DNA of 64,000 bases from an uncultured Acidobacteriota bacterium (lineage in GTDB: Bacteria > Acidobacteriota > Thermoanaerobaculia > Multivoradales > UBA5704), in the NCBI GenBank assembly GCA_963700145.1, contig OY969474.1, positions 4,096,001 through 4,160,000 of the forward strand, in the 5' to 3' direction. A program made the translations under genes and the position numbers. Below the pieces are notes generated by a model. That model did no database searches, was not told the DNA's origin, and was given only the letters and a program-made list of their open reading frames with translations. Within the stretch, counting starts at the first letter, position 1. The number at the start of each line of letters is the position of its first letter. Positions 1-11,518 of this stretch are shown piece after piece.

Positions 1-1299
1 GAACGGGCTCGCCGGGTCCTCGCGCGCCGCCGCGGCGTAGGCGCGCACCGCGCCGATCTCGTCGCTCGCCGCCTCCAGGCGCCGCCCGCGCCAGTAGGCC
101 AGCTCGACCGCGTCCTCGGGGGTGCCGAGCGCCGCTTGCGCGAGCCACCCGCGCGCGCGGTCGTGGCGGCCGCGCACCAGGTCGGAGGCGGCGAGGAAGA
201 GCGCCGCGCGCGCCGCCTGCTCGCGCCATTCGCGGCGCGACTGCAGGAGGGCGTAGAGATCGAGCGCCGGGCGCTCTTGCCCGGCCAGCCAGTGGAGGCG
301 GAGGGCGGCGACGAGCGCCGCCGCCGCCCACTCGCCGTCCGGGATCGCGGCGTGGGCGGCGCGGAAGGCGGCGAGGGCGCGCCCCCGCTCGCCGAGCAGC
401 TCGTGCGCGCGCGCCTGCTGGTAGAGCGCGCTCGCCCGCGCCGCGGGCGCCGCGACGCGGGCGGCCGACTCGGCGAAGGCGGTCGCGGCGGCGGCGAAGT
501 CGTCACGGAAGAAGAGCGCGCGGCCGACGGCGTATTGCGCCTCCAGCCGCTCGGCGGCCGAGATGCCGCCGCCGGCGAGCGCCGCCCGCAGCCAGCTCAG
601 CGCCTCCTCCCACTCCCGGTGGTGGTGGAAGGTCTGGCCGAGGCGGAGCGCCGCCCGCCCGCCCGTGCCGGCCGGCAGCAGCGCCGCCAGCCGCTCGGCG
701 GCGTCGCGCGCCGTCTCGTCGCGCACGTCGCGGTCGAGGAGCGCGAGGTAGACCCCCCGCGCCGCCTCGCGCTGGCCGGCGCGCCGCGCGCAGTCGGCCT
801 GGAGGAGCGCCACGCGGCGGCCCTCCGGCGGCGGGAAGCGCGCGGGGAACAAGCCGCGCAGCAGACGGCAGTCGCCGCCCCGCGCCAGCGTGCGCTCGAG
901 CAGGCGGAGCGCCTCGGGCAGGAGCGGCGACTCGGGCTGCGCGCGGATGCCGCCGGCGATCAACCCCGCCGCGACCTCGGGGTGCCCCAGCCGCTCTTGG
1001 TCGAGCGCCATGCGGTAGCGGCTGTGGAGGGCGAGCCGCGGCGTGTGGATCATCGCCGCGCCGAAGGCCTGCATCGCGTCGGCGGGGCGGCCGAGGAGGT
1101 CGAGCAGGTGCCCGCGCAGGAAGTCGAGCCCGGCAGCGCGGGCCGCGGCCTGGCGCACGACGAGCTCGCGCTCGGCGCGGGCCAGCGCCTCGCGCGGGCG
1201 GCCGGCGAGCTGCAGGGCGACGAGGCCGGCGCGGGGATCGTCCGCGACGGGCGGCGCGGCCTGGAGGGCGAGGAGGAGGGTGGCGGCGGCGGCGTTCAT
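1..1299 (-). CDS. TPR/alpha-helical exported protein, possibly lytic transglycosylase (Slt-like) N-terminal part; runs off window edge
   Basis: Manually translated: ATG at 1299, [17 protein letters not shown] signal-like start, TPR-like helices ([21 protein letters not shown]), frame open to position 1; not in the ORF track because the stop is outside the window. Confidence 0.6.
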   Translation of the reverse strand, partial: MNAAAATLLLALQAAPPVADDPRAGLVALQLAGRPREALARAERELVVRQAAARAAGLDFLRGHLLDLLGRPADAMQAFGAAMIHTPRLALHSRYRMALDQERLGHPEVAAGLIAGGIRAQPESPLLPEALRLLERTLARGGDCRLLRGLFPARFPPPEGRRVALLQADCARRAGQREAARGVYLALLDRDVRDETARDAAERLAALLPAGTGGRAALRLGQTFHHHREWEEALSWLRAALAGGGISAAERLEAQYAVGRALFFRDDFAAAATAFAESAARVAAPAARASALYQQARAHELLGERGRALAAFRAAHAAIPDGEWAAAALVAALRLHWLAGQERPALDLYALLQSRREWREQAARAALFLAASDLVRGRHDRARGWLAQAALGTPEDAVELAYWRGRRLEAASDEIGAVRAYAAAAREDPASPF

Positions 1300-1379
1300 C
1301 GCGGACCGCTCGGCTGGGCAGCCGGCTCGGGGGGCGGACGCGGCGAAGCGCGGCGCGGAAGAGAGGGCGGCGGCGGCCG

Positions 1380-2651
<1,272 letters not shown>

Positions 2652-2657
2652 GGGAGG

Positions 2658-3503
2658 TTATTTTTTCTCGAACACCAGGACCCGCGGGATGCCCGCGTAG
2701 TCGGCGCGCTCGGCGACCAGCGGCAGGCCGGCCGCCTCGCCGTGGCGCACCACCGCGTCGCGCTGCCCGGCGCCGATCTCGACGATCAGGCGTGCGCCCC
2801 GCCGCATCCCGGAAGCCTGCTGCAAGAGTCGCGCGAGCAGGAGATCGCCCGCGCCGGGGGGGGAGAGTGCCAGACGGGGCTCGAAAGCGCAAACCTCGGG
2901 CGACAGCCCCCACCACTCGGCGGGATCGACGTAGGGAGGGTTGCTGACCACGAGGTCGAACGCCGCGAGGTCGAGCCCGGCCGCGAGGTCGGCGGCGAGG
3001 AGCGCGACGCGGCCGGCGGCGCCGAGGGCGCGGGCGTTGGCGGCGGCGAGCGCCAGCGCCGCGGGAGAGAGGTCGGTCGCCGCGACGCGTGCCCCTGGGA
3101 CCTCCAGCGCCAGCGTCACCGCCAGGCACCCGGAGCCGGTGCCCACGTCGAGGAGGCGCGGGCGCTCGGGCAGCCGCTCGGCGAGCGCCGCCTCGACGAC
3201 GTGCTCGGTCTCGGGGCGCGGGATGAGGACTCGGCGATCGACGCGGAACGGCCGCCCCCAGAACTCCTTCTCGCCGGTCAGGTAGGCGACCGGCTCGCCG
3301 GCGAGGCGGCGGGTGAGCAAGGCCTCGAAACGCGCCGCGGCCTCCGGCGGCACGGGCTCGCGGTTGCGCGCCAGGAGCTGGGCTTCGGAGAGTCCGAGCA
3401 CCCGCCCGAGCAGGAGCGAAGCCTCCCGCGGCGGCGCCCCGAACGGTGTTGTCAGGAGCCGCGTGCGGGCGGCGGCGAGGAGATCGCCGATGGTGAGACC
3501 CAC
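2658..3503 (-). CDS. prmC: Release factor glutamine methyltransferase
   Basis: C-terminal part of ORF 2658..6197: [26 protein letters not shown] motifs; GTG start at 3503 inferred. Confidence 0.95.
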   Translation of the reverse strand: MGLTIGDLLAAARTRLLTTPFGAPPREASLLLGRVLGLSEAQLLARNREPVPPEAAARFEALLTRRLAGEPVAYLTGEKEFWGRPFRVDRRVLIPRPETEHVVEAALAERLPERPRLLDVGTGSGCLAVTLALEVPGARVAATDLSPAALALAAANARALGAAGRVALLAADLAAGLDLAAFDLVVSNPPYVDPAEWWGLSPEVCAFEPRLALSPPGAGDLLLARLLQQASGMRRGARLIVEIGAGQRDAVVRHGEAAGLPLVAERADYAGIPRVLVFEKK

Positions 3504-3553
3504 GCGGCGGAGTGTACGCGGCGAAGACAAACGCCCGGCACGTGGGCCGGGCG

Positions 3554-6500
3554 CTACGTCGGGTCTTCCACGTCCGCGGTCTCGGCCGCCGGCACGAGCG
3601 GGACGTCCAGCTCGACCGTCCGCCCTTCGGGCAGCTCGACCTCCGTCGTCGCCGGCGCGAAGCCGTCGGCCGAGACGGTCAGCCGGTAGTGCCCGGGCGC
3701 CAGGCGCAGCGCGAAGAGGCCGGCCTCGTCGGTGCGCGCGCTCGGGCCGGAGTAGGAGAGGTCGAGGGCGGGGTTGACCCCCTCGACCACGACGGCGGCG
3801 CCCGCGATCGGCACGCCGCCGGCGTCGAGCACCCGGCCCGAGAGGCTCGCGCTCTCGAGGTCGATCGTCACCTCGGCGCCGTCCGGCCCTACCTCGACGG
3901 CGCGGCTGTAGCCGAACCCCTGCCGCGGGTCGAGGAGGATCAGCGTGTAGCGGCCCGGGATCACGCCGACGCGGAAGCTGCCGTCCTGCGCCGTCCGGGC
4001 GAAGGGGGCGCCGGGCCCGTGGAGCTGCACCTCGGCGCCGGCGAGCGGCCGGCCGTCGAAGGTGACGCGTCCGGTGAGCACGGGCCGCGTTTCGAGCTCC
4101 AGGTCCAGGAACGCCTCCGCCTGCCCCGGCTCGAGGGTCACCTCGCCGGACGCCTGCCGGCCGTCGGGCGTCGCGGCGACGACCTGCCAATCGCCCGGCG
4201 CCAGGTCGGCGATGCGGTAGCGGCCGTCCGGCCCTACCCGCGAGAAGCCCGCGCTGTCGTCGAGCCGCAGCGCCCGGACCTGGACACGCCGGCGGTCGGC
4301 GGGGTCGAGCCCGAGGACCTGCCCTGAGATCGCGCCGCCGGCCTCGCTCAACCGCACCTCGAGCCCGCCGACCGCGGTGCCGGCGACCTGCACCTCGCCC
4401 GGCACGTCGGCGCGGGCGTAGCCGCGCGCCTCCGCGAGCAGTCGGTACGTCCCTTCCGGCACCCAGTCGAAGGCGAACGAGCCGTCCGCGGCGCTCGTCG
4501 CCTGGAAGGCCTCGCCGCCGGAGATCATGTGCAGCCGCACGACGGCGCCGCCGACGGGCCGCCCGGCGGCGTCCACGACGCGTCCCGAGACCTCGGTCCC
4601 CGCCTCGACGACCAGGTCGAGCCGCTCCGTGCCCGCCGTCAGCCGGACGGCGGCGCGCGCCATCCGCTGCCTCCCCCCGCGCGCTTCGACCTCGTAGCGC
4701 CCCGGACGGAGCCCCTCGAGCCGGTAGGAGCCGTCGGCGTCGGTCTCGGTGAAGCCATCTTGGCGGATCCCCTCCGCCTCGGCGCCCTCGAGGTTGGGGA
4801 CCGCCTGCACGTGGAAGCCGGGCAGCGCCCGGCCCGCGTGGTCGGTCACGCGGCCGACGAGCGTGACGCCGGTGGTGCCGCGGCGGAGGACGACCTCCAG
4901 CGACCGTGTCTCGCCGCCGGCGACCTCCACGCCGGGCAGCCGCCGCGTCTCGAAGCCGGCGGCCTTCACCTCGAGAACGTGGGTGCCGGGCTCCGGCTGC
5001 GCCAGGAGCTTCCCCTCCTGGTCGGTCGCGCCGAGGCCGTACGAAGAGGACCCCATGCTGAAGACGCCCTGCCCGCTCCCGACGCGCGTCTCGACGACCG
5101 CGGAGACCTCGGCCCGGGGCACCGGCTCCCCGTCCGGGTCCACCACGCGCAGCGCCAGCGACCCCTGGAGCCGCAGCTCGAGGGTCAGCGGCGCCGCGGG
5201 CGGGACTTCGATCTCGCCCGTCTCGAGCCGCACGTAGCTCGGGTGGCCGACCGCTAGCCGCACCGGCTCGCCGCGCCGCAGGCCGCCGAGGCGGAAGGCG
5301 CCGTCGGCGTCGGTCAGCACCGGCTCGTGCCACGGCGACCAGCGCTTGAACATCGGCTCGTCGGACCGCGAGATCTGCACCTGCGCCTCCGCCACCGGCG
5401 CGCCCTTCGGCCCGACCACCCGTCCTTCGAGGACGACTCCCGGCTCCAGCACGACGTCGCCGAGGTCGACCGCGCGCGTCTCCGCCGACAAGGCTACGTT
5501 GTCTCGGCCGGTGGCGACGAAGCCCTGCCGCGTCACCTGGAGGTCGTACTCGCCGGCTTCGAGCCGCTGGAAGCGGAAGCGTCCGTCGGCGCCGGTGGCG
5601 ACGCTCGTGCCCGGCCCTGCTCTCGTGAAGCCGTAGCCGCCGGGCATGCCCGGCGGCCGCTGGACGCGCCGGAGCGTGACCTCGGCCGCGGCCACCGGCA
5701 GGCCTTCGGGGTCCACGACGCGGCCGACCACCGTCTGGCCGGCGACCAGCACCAGGCGGAGCGGCGGCGCTTCGCCGCCGGCCACCGGGGTGCGGGCGAG
5801 GAGGCGGGCCGGGGCGTTCTCCTCCGGGTGGGCGGAGACCTCGTAGAGCTGGCGCGGCAGGAGGCGGGGGAAGCGGAAGCGGCCGTCGGCGCCGCTGGCG
5901 GTCTGCGGCGAGGCGTCCCGCGGGCTGCGCCGGAAGTCCCAATCGCCGCTCGGCCGCGCCCGCACCGGCACCCCGGCGGCCGGGCGCCCGGCTGCGTCGA
6001 CGACGATCCCGGCGAGCGCGGCGGCGGGCTCGAGCAGGAGGGTCACCGACTGGGCCGAGACGGCGTCCCCCACGAACCCCGCCAGGTGGCCGGGGGCGGC
6101 GGCCTCGACTTGATAGCGCGGGTAGGGCGCCGCGGCGAAGCGGAACGTGCCGTCCTTCGCGGTGAAGGCCCAACCGAAGGGATCGCAGGAGGTGCACCAG
6201 ACGAGGGCGCCGGGGAGCGGCTGCCGCGTGGCGGCGTCGAGCACCAGCCCGGCGAGCGCGATGGCAGCGCCGGGCCCGCGCTCGCCACGCTTCCGCAGCG
6301 CGGAGGCCGTCGCCGGTCCGATGCGGCCGGCGGGCACCCAGACGGGAGGGCCTGCCTGGTCCCCCGGGAGGCGCTTGGTGTGATCGGGCCGGAGCTCCTC
6401 ACCCTCCCGGCGCAGCGCCGCCGGCACGAGCCGCGCGTCCTCGACCAGCGGCACGAGCGGCACCTCGATCGACTGCTGTCCCGGCGCCGTGACGACGACG

Positions 6501-6748
6501 CGGTAGAGCCCGGGCGCTGTGGCTGGGAGGGTGAACGTCCCGTCGGGACCGGCGGTCGCGCGCACCGGCGCCGCCGGCGGTTGCGGGCCGCCGGGGAGCG
6601 GCAGCAGCTCGACGGCGACCTCGGCGGCCGTGCGTCCCGCGCCCTTCACCTGTCCGGTGACCTGGAGCGTCGCGCCGGCGGCGGCGCCAGGGACGGCGGC
6701 GAGCGTGAGCAGCGCCGCGAGGGTGGAGCGGAGAGCGCGCGAGCGCAT
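3554..6748 (-). CDS. Exported protein of tandem carboxypeptidase-regulatory-like (transthyretin-like/Cna-B-type beta-sandwich) repeats
   Basis: Signal peptide, then many repeats of GRVVD-x-x-G-x-P-V-x-GA...T-x-x-DG-x-F-x-L...PG-x-Y; no catalytic domain seen. Confidence 0.85.
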   Translation of the reverse strand: MRSRALRSTLAALLTLAAVPGAAAGATLQVTGQVKGAGRTAAEVAVELLPLPGGPQPPAAPVRATAGPDGTFTLPATAPGLYRVVVTAPGQQSIEVPLVPLVEDARLVPAALRREGEELRPDHTKRLPGDQAGPPVWVPAGRIGPATASALRKRGERGPGAAIALAGLVLDAATRQPLPGALVWCTSCDPFGWAFTAKDGTFRFAAAPYPRYQVEAAAPGHLAGFVGDAVSAQSVTLLLEPAAALAGIVVDAAGRPAAGVPVRARPSGDWDFRRSPRDASPQTASGADGRFRFPRLLPRQLYEVSAHPEENAPARLLARTPVAGGEAPPLRLVLVAGQTVVGRVVDPEGLPVAAAEVTLRRVQRPPGMPGGYGFTRAGPGTSVATGADGRFRFQRLEAGEYDLQVTRQGFVATGRDNVALSAETRAVDLGDVVLEPGVVLEGRVVGPKGAPVAEAQVQISRSDEPMFKRWSPWHEPVLTDADGAFRLGGLRRGEPVRLAVGHPSYVRLETGEIEVPPAAPLTLELRLQGSLALRVVDPDGEPVPRAEVSAVVETRVGSGQGVFSMGSSSYGLGATDQEGKLLAQPEPGTHVLEVKAAGFETRRLPGVEVAGGETRSLEVVLRRGTTGVTLVGRVTDHAGRALPGFHVQAVPNLEGAEAEGIRQDGFTETDADGSYRLEGLRPGRYEVEARGGRQRMARAAVRLTAGTERLDLVVEAGTEVSGRVVDAAGRPVGGAVVRLHMISGGEAFQATSAADGSFAFDWVPEGTYRLLAEARGYARADVPGEVQVAGTAVGGLEVRLSEAGGAISGQVLGLDPADRRRVQVRALRLDDSAGFSRVGPDGRYRIADLAPGDWQVVAATPDGRQASGEVTLEPGQAEAFLDLELETRPVLTGRVTFDGRPLAGAEVQLHGPGAPFARTAQDGSFRVGVIPGRYTLILLDPRQGFGYSRAVEVGPDGAEVTIDLESASLSGRVLDAGGVPIAGAAVVVEGVNPALDLSYSGPSARTDEAGLFALRLAPGHYRLTVSADGFAPATTEVELPEGRTVELDVPLVPAAETADVEDPT

Positions 6749-6786
6749 GGCGAAAGTCTCCCCTGACCTTCGCCAAGTCTAAAGGA

Positions 6787-7866
<1,080 letters not shown>

Positions 7867-8070
7867 CTACGCGGACTTCGCGTAGCGCCGCTTGAAGCGC
7901 TCGACGCGCCCCTGGGTGTCGATCAGCTTCTGCTTGCCGGAGAAGAAGGGGTGGCAGGCGCTGCAGATCTCGAGACGCAGCTCGTCCTTGGTCGAGTGCG
8001 TCTGGAAGGTGTTGCCGCAGGCGCAGACGGCGGTGACCAGATGGCGGACGGGATGGATGGTCTTCTTCAC
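7867..8070 (-). CDS. rpmE: 50S ribosomal protein L31 (Zn-binding type)
   Basis: MKKTIHP...CACG...[21 protein letters not shown]. Confidence 0.97.
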   Translation of the reverse strand: MKKTIHPVRHLVTAVCACGNTFQTHSTKDELRLEICSACHPFFSGKQKLIDTQGRVERFKRRYAKSA

Positions 8071-8194
8071 GGTTCGGGCCCTTGTCTGAAGTGGGAGGCC
8101 CGGGCGGTCCCGGGCGAACGGCGAAGGTTAGCGCAGAGGGGCTCCCCCTGGCAACCCGCAGCGCTCTTCGTTCCTCTAAACTACGTGGCACAAG

Positions 8195-9289
8195 ATGGCA
8201 TTCCACGACGACTGTCTGGTGGCCGACGGGCACACCGACGTGCCGGCCCGTCTGCTCGAAGAGGGGGCGGACCTGTCGCGCCCCTGCCCGGACCGCCACA
8301 TCGACCTGCCGCGCCTGCGCCAAGGCGGGGTGGACGCCCTGGTCTGGGCCCTCTACGTGCCGGGCTCCCTCGACCCCGAGGCGGGGTGGAAGCACGCCCT
8401 CCGCCTGCGCGAGCTGGCCGGCGAGCAGCTCTCGGCGGACGGCTTCCGCGAGGTCGTCTCGGTGGCCGAGCTGCGGCGGGCGGTGGCGCAGCGGGCGGTG
8501 GCGGTCCTCTGGGGGCTCGAGAACGGGCGGCCGCTGCTGGTCCCCGGGGCGCTCGACGGCTGCGTCCAGCTCGGGGTGCGCTACGTCACCCTCACCCACA
8601 TGAAGACGCACGAGTGGTGCGACTCCTCGACCGACGCGCCGCGCCACGGCGGCCTGTCGGAGCAGGGGATGGAGATCGTGCACGCGATGGCGCGGCGCGG
8701 CATCGTGCCGGACGTCTCGCACGTCTCGGACGAAGCGGTGCGGCAGACGGTCGAGGTCTCGCCGCTGCCGGTCGTCGCCTCGCACAGCTCGGCGCGCGCC
8801 CTCTGCGACCACCCGCGCAACCTCCCCGACGAGCTGGTGCGCGAGATCGCGCGCCGCGGCGGCGTGGTGATGGCCGCTGCCTACCCGCCGTTCCTGTCGC
8901 CGGAGGTCGCCAAGGCGCAGCAGGAGCGGCTGGCGCAGCTGGGCGAGACGATCGAGGCGCTCGACGAGGCGTACGCCAGCCAGCCCGGGCTGGCGGCGCG
9001 CGAGGTGACGCGGCTTCTGGCCGCGCACCCGCTGCCGGCGGCGGGGCTCGACCGCCTCGTCGACCACCTGCTCCACTTCGTCAAGCTGGTCGGCGAGGAG
9101 CACGTCGGCGTCGGCAGCGACTTCGACGGCATGACCGAGGTGCTGGAAGGCTTCGAGGACGTCTCCCGCTACCCCGCCCTGACCGCCGCCCTCCTCGAGC
9201 GCGGCCTCGACCGCGCCGGCATCCGCCTGATCCTCGGCGAGAACTTCCTCCGGATCCTGGAGGCGGCGGAGAGAGCGGCGCAGACTTGA
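8195..9289 (+). CDS. Membrane dipeptidase (M19 family)
   Basis: DGHTD, ENG, YVTLTH, DVSH, SHS..RAL.DHPRN, VGVGSDFDG, ILGEN motifs. Confidence 0.93.
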   Translation: MAFHDDCLVADGHTDVPARLLEEGADLSRPCPDRHIDLPRLRQGGVDALVWALYVPGSLDPEAGWKHALRLRELAGEQLSADGFREVVSVAELRRAVAQRAVAVLWGLENGRPLLVPGALDGCVQLGVRYVTLTHMKTHEWCDSSTDAPRHGGLSEQGMEIVHAMARRGIVPDVSHVSDEAVRQTVEVSPLPVVASHSSARALCDHPRNLPDELVREIARRGGVVMAAAYPPFLSPEVAKAQQERLAQLGETIEALDEAYASQPGLAAREVTRLLAAHPLPAAGLDRLVDHLLHFVKLVGEEHVGVGSDFDGMTEVLEGFEDVSRYPALTAALLERGLDRAGIRLILGENFLRILEAAERAAQT

Positions 9290-9770
9290 GGCGAAGCTGC
9301 GGTAGCGACGCCGGCAGACAGCGACGGCATCCTCGGGCGCCGGAGGCTCAGACCGCCGAAGTGAAGGCGCTGGCGGCCGAGGTGGCGCGGCAGCTAACGC
9401 GGTAGAATCGCCGCGCCTTCCGATGGTGGACGGCCTTCCCGAAAGGAGGACTGCCCATGGCCGAGCTAATCGGCAACGTTCTGAAGGCAAGCCGGAAAAA
9501 CCCGGTGGACTAGGACAGTGGTCGTACGCGGGGAGCCACGGCACAAGACCCTGTCAGGGCCATTGTCCGACTACGCAGGGATAACCACAGTCCGCCCGGC
9601 AGGGCTCGGGCAAGGAGCCCAAAGCGGACCGCTCTAACCCTTCCGTTATGGACGGGCGGGCGAGCCTGGGCTGCGTTATGCGGCAACAGGTGTTGTGGGC
9701 GACAAGCAGGAATCCGGCCGGTGGCTTCCTTGGGCCTTGCCCGCTTAGGTGATGCCGCCGGACGGGCTCG

Positions 9771-9953
9771 TTGTTACCCCTAGTGCTATGCCAGCCAGCA
9801 CGAGTAAGCAAGCCTCCGCATCCTGAGAAGCCGCCTAGGCGCCTGCGTGACGTGAACGCATGGGCGGATCAGATCGTGGGGGCGCTGACAGGGACGGCGC
9901 CGCCGCCGAAGCCAGAGTGGCCGAAGGGCGGCAGCAGCGCGATGGGGAGATAA
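9771..9953 (+). pseudogene. Degenerate small basic protein of the type often found beside IS1/IS1595-like transposases
   Basis: RRLRDVNAWADQIVGALTG resembles the PRDVNQLA..IV..ATG motif (recalled from memory); the usual GGxKGG/ARW tail is truncated. Confidence 0.4.
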
Positions 9954-9987
9954 GGCGTAACTAAGGCGGATGTGGTAGCCTGACAGC

Positions 9988-10695
9988 ATGCCAGACGGCG
10001 GCTCAAAGGCTGATCTACGCCTTCTCGGTGTCGGCATCTACTCCATCCCAGAAGCCGCTCGACTGAGCAAGGTTCCTCCCGATTACATCCGGCGGTGGCT
10101 GTGGGGCTACCGGTACACGTTTGCTGGACGGCGCTTCGAGAAGCCCCCCTTGTGGGACCCGGAACTGCCCACCATTGGCAACGCACGAGCCGTTAGCTTC
10201 CGCGACCTAATCGAGGTGCAGTTCGTCCATCGTTTCCGGCAGGAAGGGCTAAGCCTTCAGTCGATCCGCACGACCATCGGAAAAGCCACTGAGCTGCTTG
10301 CCGAGAGCTATCCTCTTTCGTCAGTCAAGTTCAAGACGGACGGAAAGCACATTCTGGCGGAGGTTCTTGAAGATCCGTCGGAGCGAAGCTATATCTTCGA
10401 TCTTCACACCAACCAATATTTGCTCCAGTTCGTTTTGGACTACCTTTACGACGCCCTCGAATACACTAACTTCGATCAGCTCATCCGCTGGTGGCCGCTC
10501 GGCAAGAATCGGCGCGTGGTGGTGGACCCGCGAAAGAGCTTCGGCCGACCCGTCGTTGTGGAGAATGTGCCAACAGCCATCCTGGCCGGCTCGTTCAAGG
10601 CGGAGGGGTCCGTTGCTGCCGTCGCGCACTGGTTTGAGGTTGCCGAGGAGTCCGTTGTAGATGCCCTGGAGTTTGAGCGTAGCCGTGCGGCGTGA
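9988..10695 (+). CDS. HTH + DUF433 antitoxin (VapB45-like)
   Basis: GIYSIPEAARL HTH, SFRDLIE, VVDPRKSFGRPVV DUF433 motif; GTGA overlap with the PIN gene. Confidence 0.85.
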   Translation: MPDGGSKADLRLLGVGIYSIPEAARLSKVPPDYIRRWLWGYRYTFAGRRFEKPPLWDPELPTIGNARAVSFRDLIEVQFVHRFRQEGLSLQSIRTTIGKATELLAESYPLSSVKFKTDGKHILAEVLEDPSERSYIFDLHTNQYLLQFVLDYLYDALEYTNFDQLIRWWPLGKNRRVVVDPRKSFGRPVVVENVPTAILAGSFKAEGSVAAVAHWFEVAEESVVDALEFERSRAA

Positions 10696-11114
10696 GGTTC
10701 ATCCTCGACCACAACCTAGCTCCCAACCTGGCGCGCGCCTTAGGGCTCTTGGTAGAATCTTATGGCGATGAGGTAACATGTCTTAAGGATCGAGGACTAC
10801 AGGCCAGCGACGATGAGGACTGGATACCGCGACTAGCCAAGGAAGGAAACTGGGTTGTCATTACCTGCGATCTCGACATTGTTCGTAACCCGCATCGGCA
10901 ACTCGTTTTCCGCCAAGCAAACCTGACGGCGTTTTTCCTCCTGGAGGCGTGGTCGGACGGACGTGTCCGCGCGCCGCAGATCGCGCAGCGCCTCCTCAGA
11001 CTGTGGCCGGATATCACGGCGCTGGCAGACAAATACCGGCCCGGCACCTGCTTCGCTGTACCCTTCCGCGGCTCAATCAGGCGCTTCAGTCCCCAGGGCA
11101 AGAAACCAATCTAA
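10692..11114 (+). CDS. PIN-like domain toxin (VapC45/DUF5615-like)
   Basis: MRFILDHNL, DEDWI, VITCD PIN motifs. Confidence 0.85.
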   Translation: MRFILDHNLAPNLARALGLLVESYGDEVTCLKDRGLQASDDEDWIPRLAKEGNWVVITCDLDIVRNPHRQLVFRQANLTAFFLLEAWSDGRVRAPQIAQRLLRLWPDITALADKYRPGTCFAVPFRGSIRRFSPQGKKPI

Positions 11115-11127
11115 GGATGGAGGTGGA

Positions 11128-11420
11128 CTTAGACCGTCGTGGCTCGTGGGCTCGCGGAACGCGGGTTGCGCCACGGAGTTGATGCAGGACTTAGCCGGCC
11201 GGCTCCGCAACCGCGTCCACGGACGGACACCTGATGTACCTCTCGGCCGTTGAGAGCGGCTTCGGCGGCGGCGTGGACTACGCGATGCTCCAGAGCTCTA
11301 CAGTGGCGGGCCGACCGACGCCGAGCATCGCTACTCGCCTGCGAAGTGCATCGGACGGAGCGGCGGAGGATTCAGGGCGACCCTGATCCCAAGCACGCTA
11401 CGTGGAACGCCAGAGCTTCC
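11128..11420 (+). mobile_element. Frameshifted internal fragment of an IS1-family-like DDE transposase
   Basis: Across frames: PSWLVGSRNAGCATELMQDLAGRLRNRV / DGHLMYLSAVESGFGGGVDYAML / RYSPAKCIG / IQGDPDPKH / YVERQ. Confidence 0.7.
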
Positions 11421-11518
11421 AGACGCTCGCCTCTTTGCTGGCAGCTCGGTGGAGGAAGCGAAGGCGCGCAGGAGCCGCTGGCGGCAACACGAGCTGTTCC
11501 TGCCCTTTTGAGGAGTTC

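Noticed and set aside
2658-6197. Apparent 1179-aa PrmC fusion (likewise 14303-17872, 36432-38852, 61458-63497)
   Set aside because: The N-terminal extensions are off-frame read-through of upstream genes
9290-9405. ParA-like C-terminal remnant (AEVKALAAEVARQLTR)
   Set aside because: Too short and generic to support without a search
9632-9681. attC-like CTCTAAC...GTTATGC
   Set aside because: Only 50 bp, poor internal complementarity, no integrase or second site
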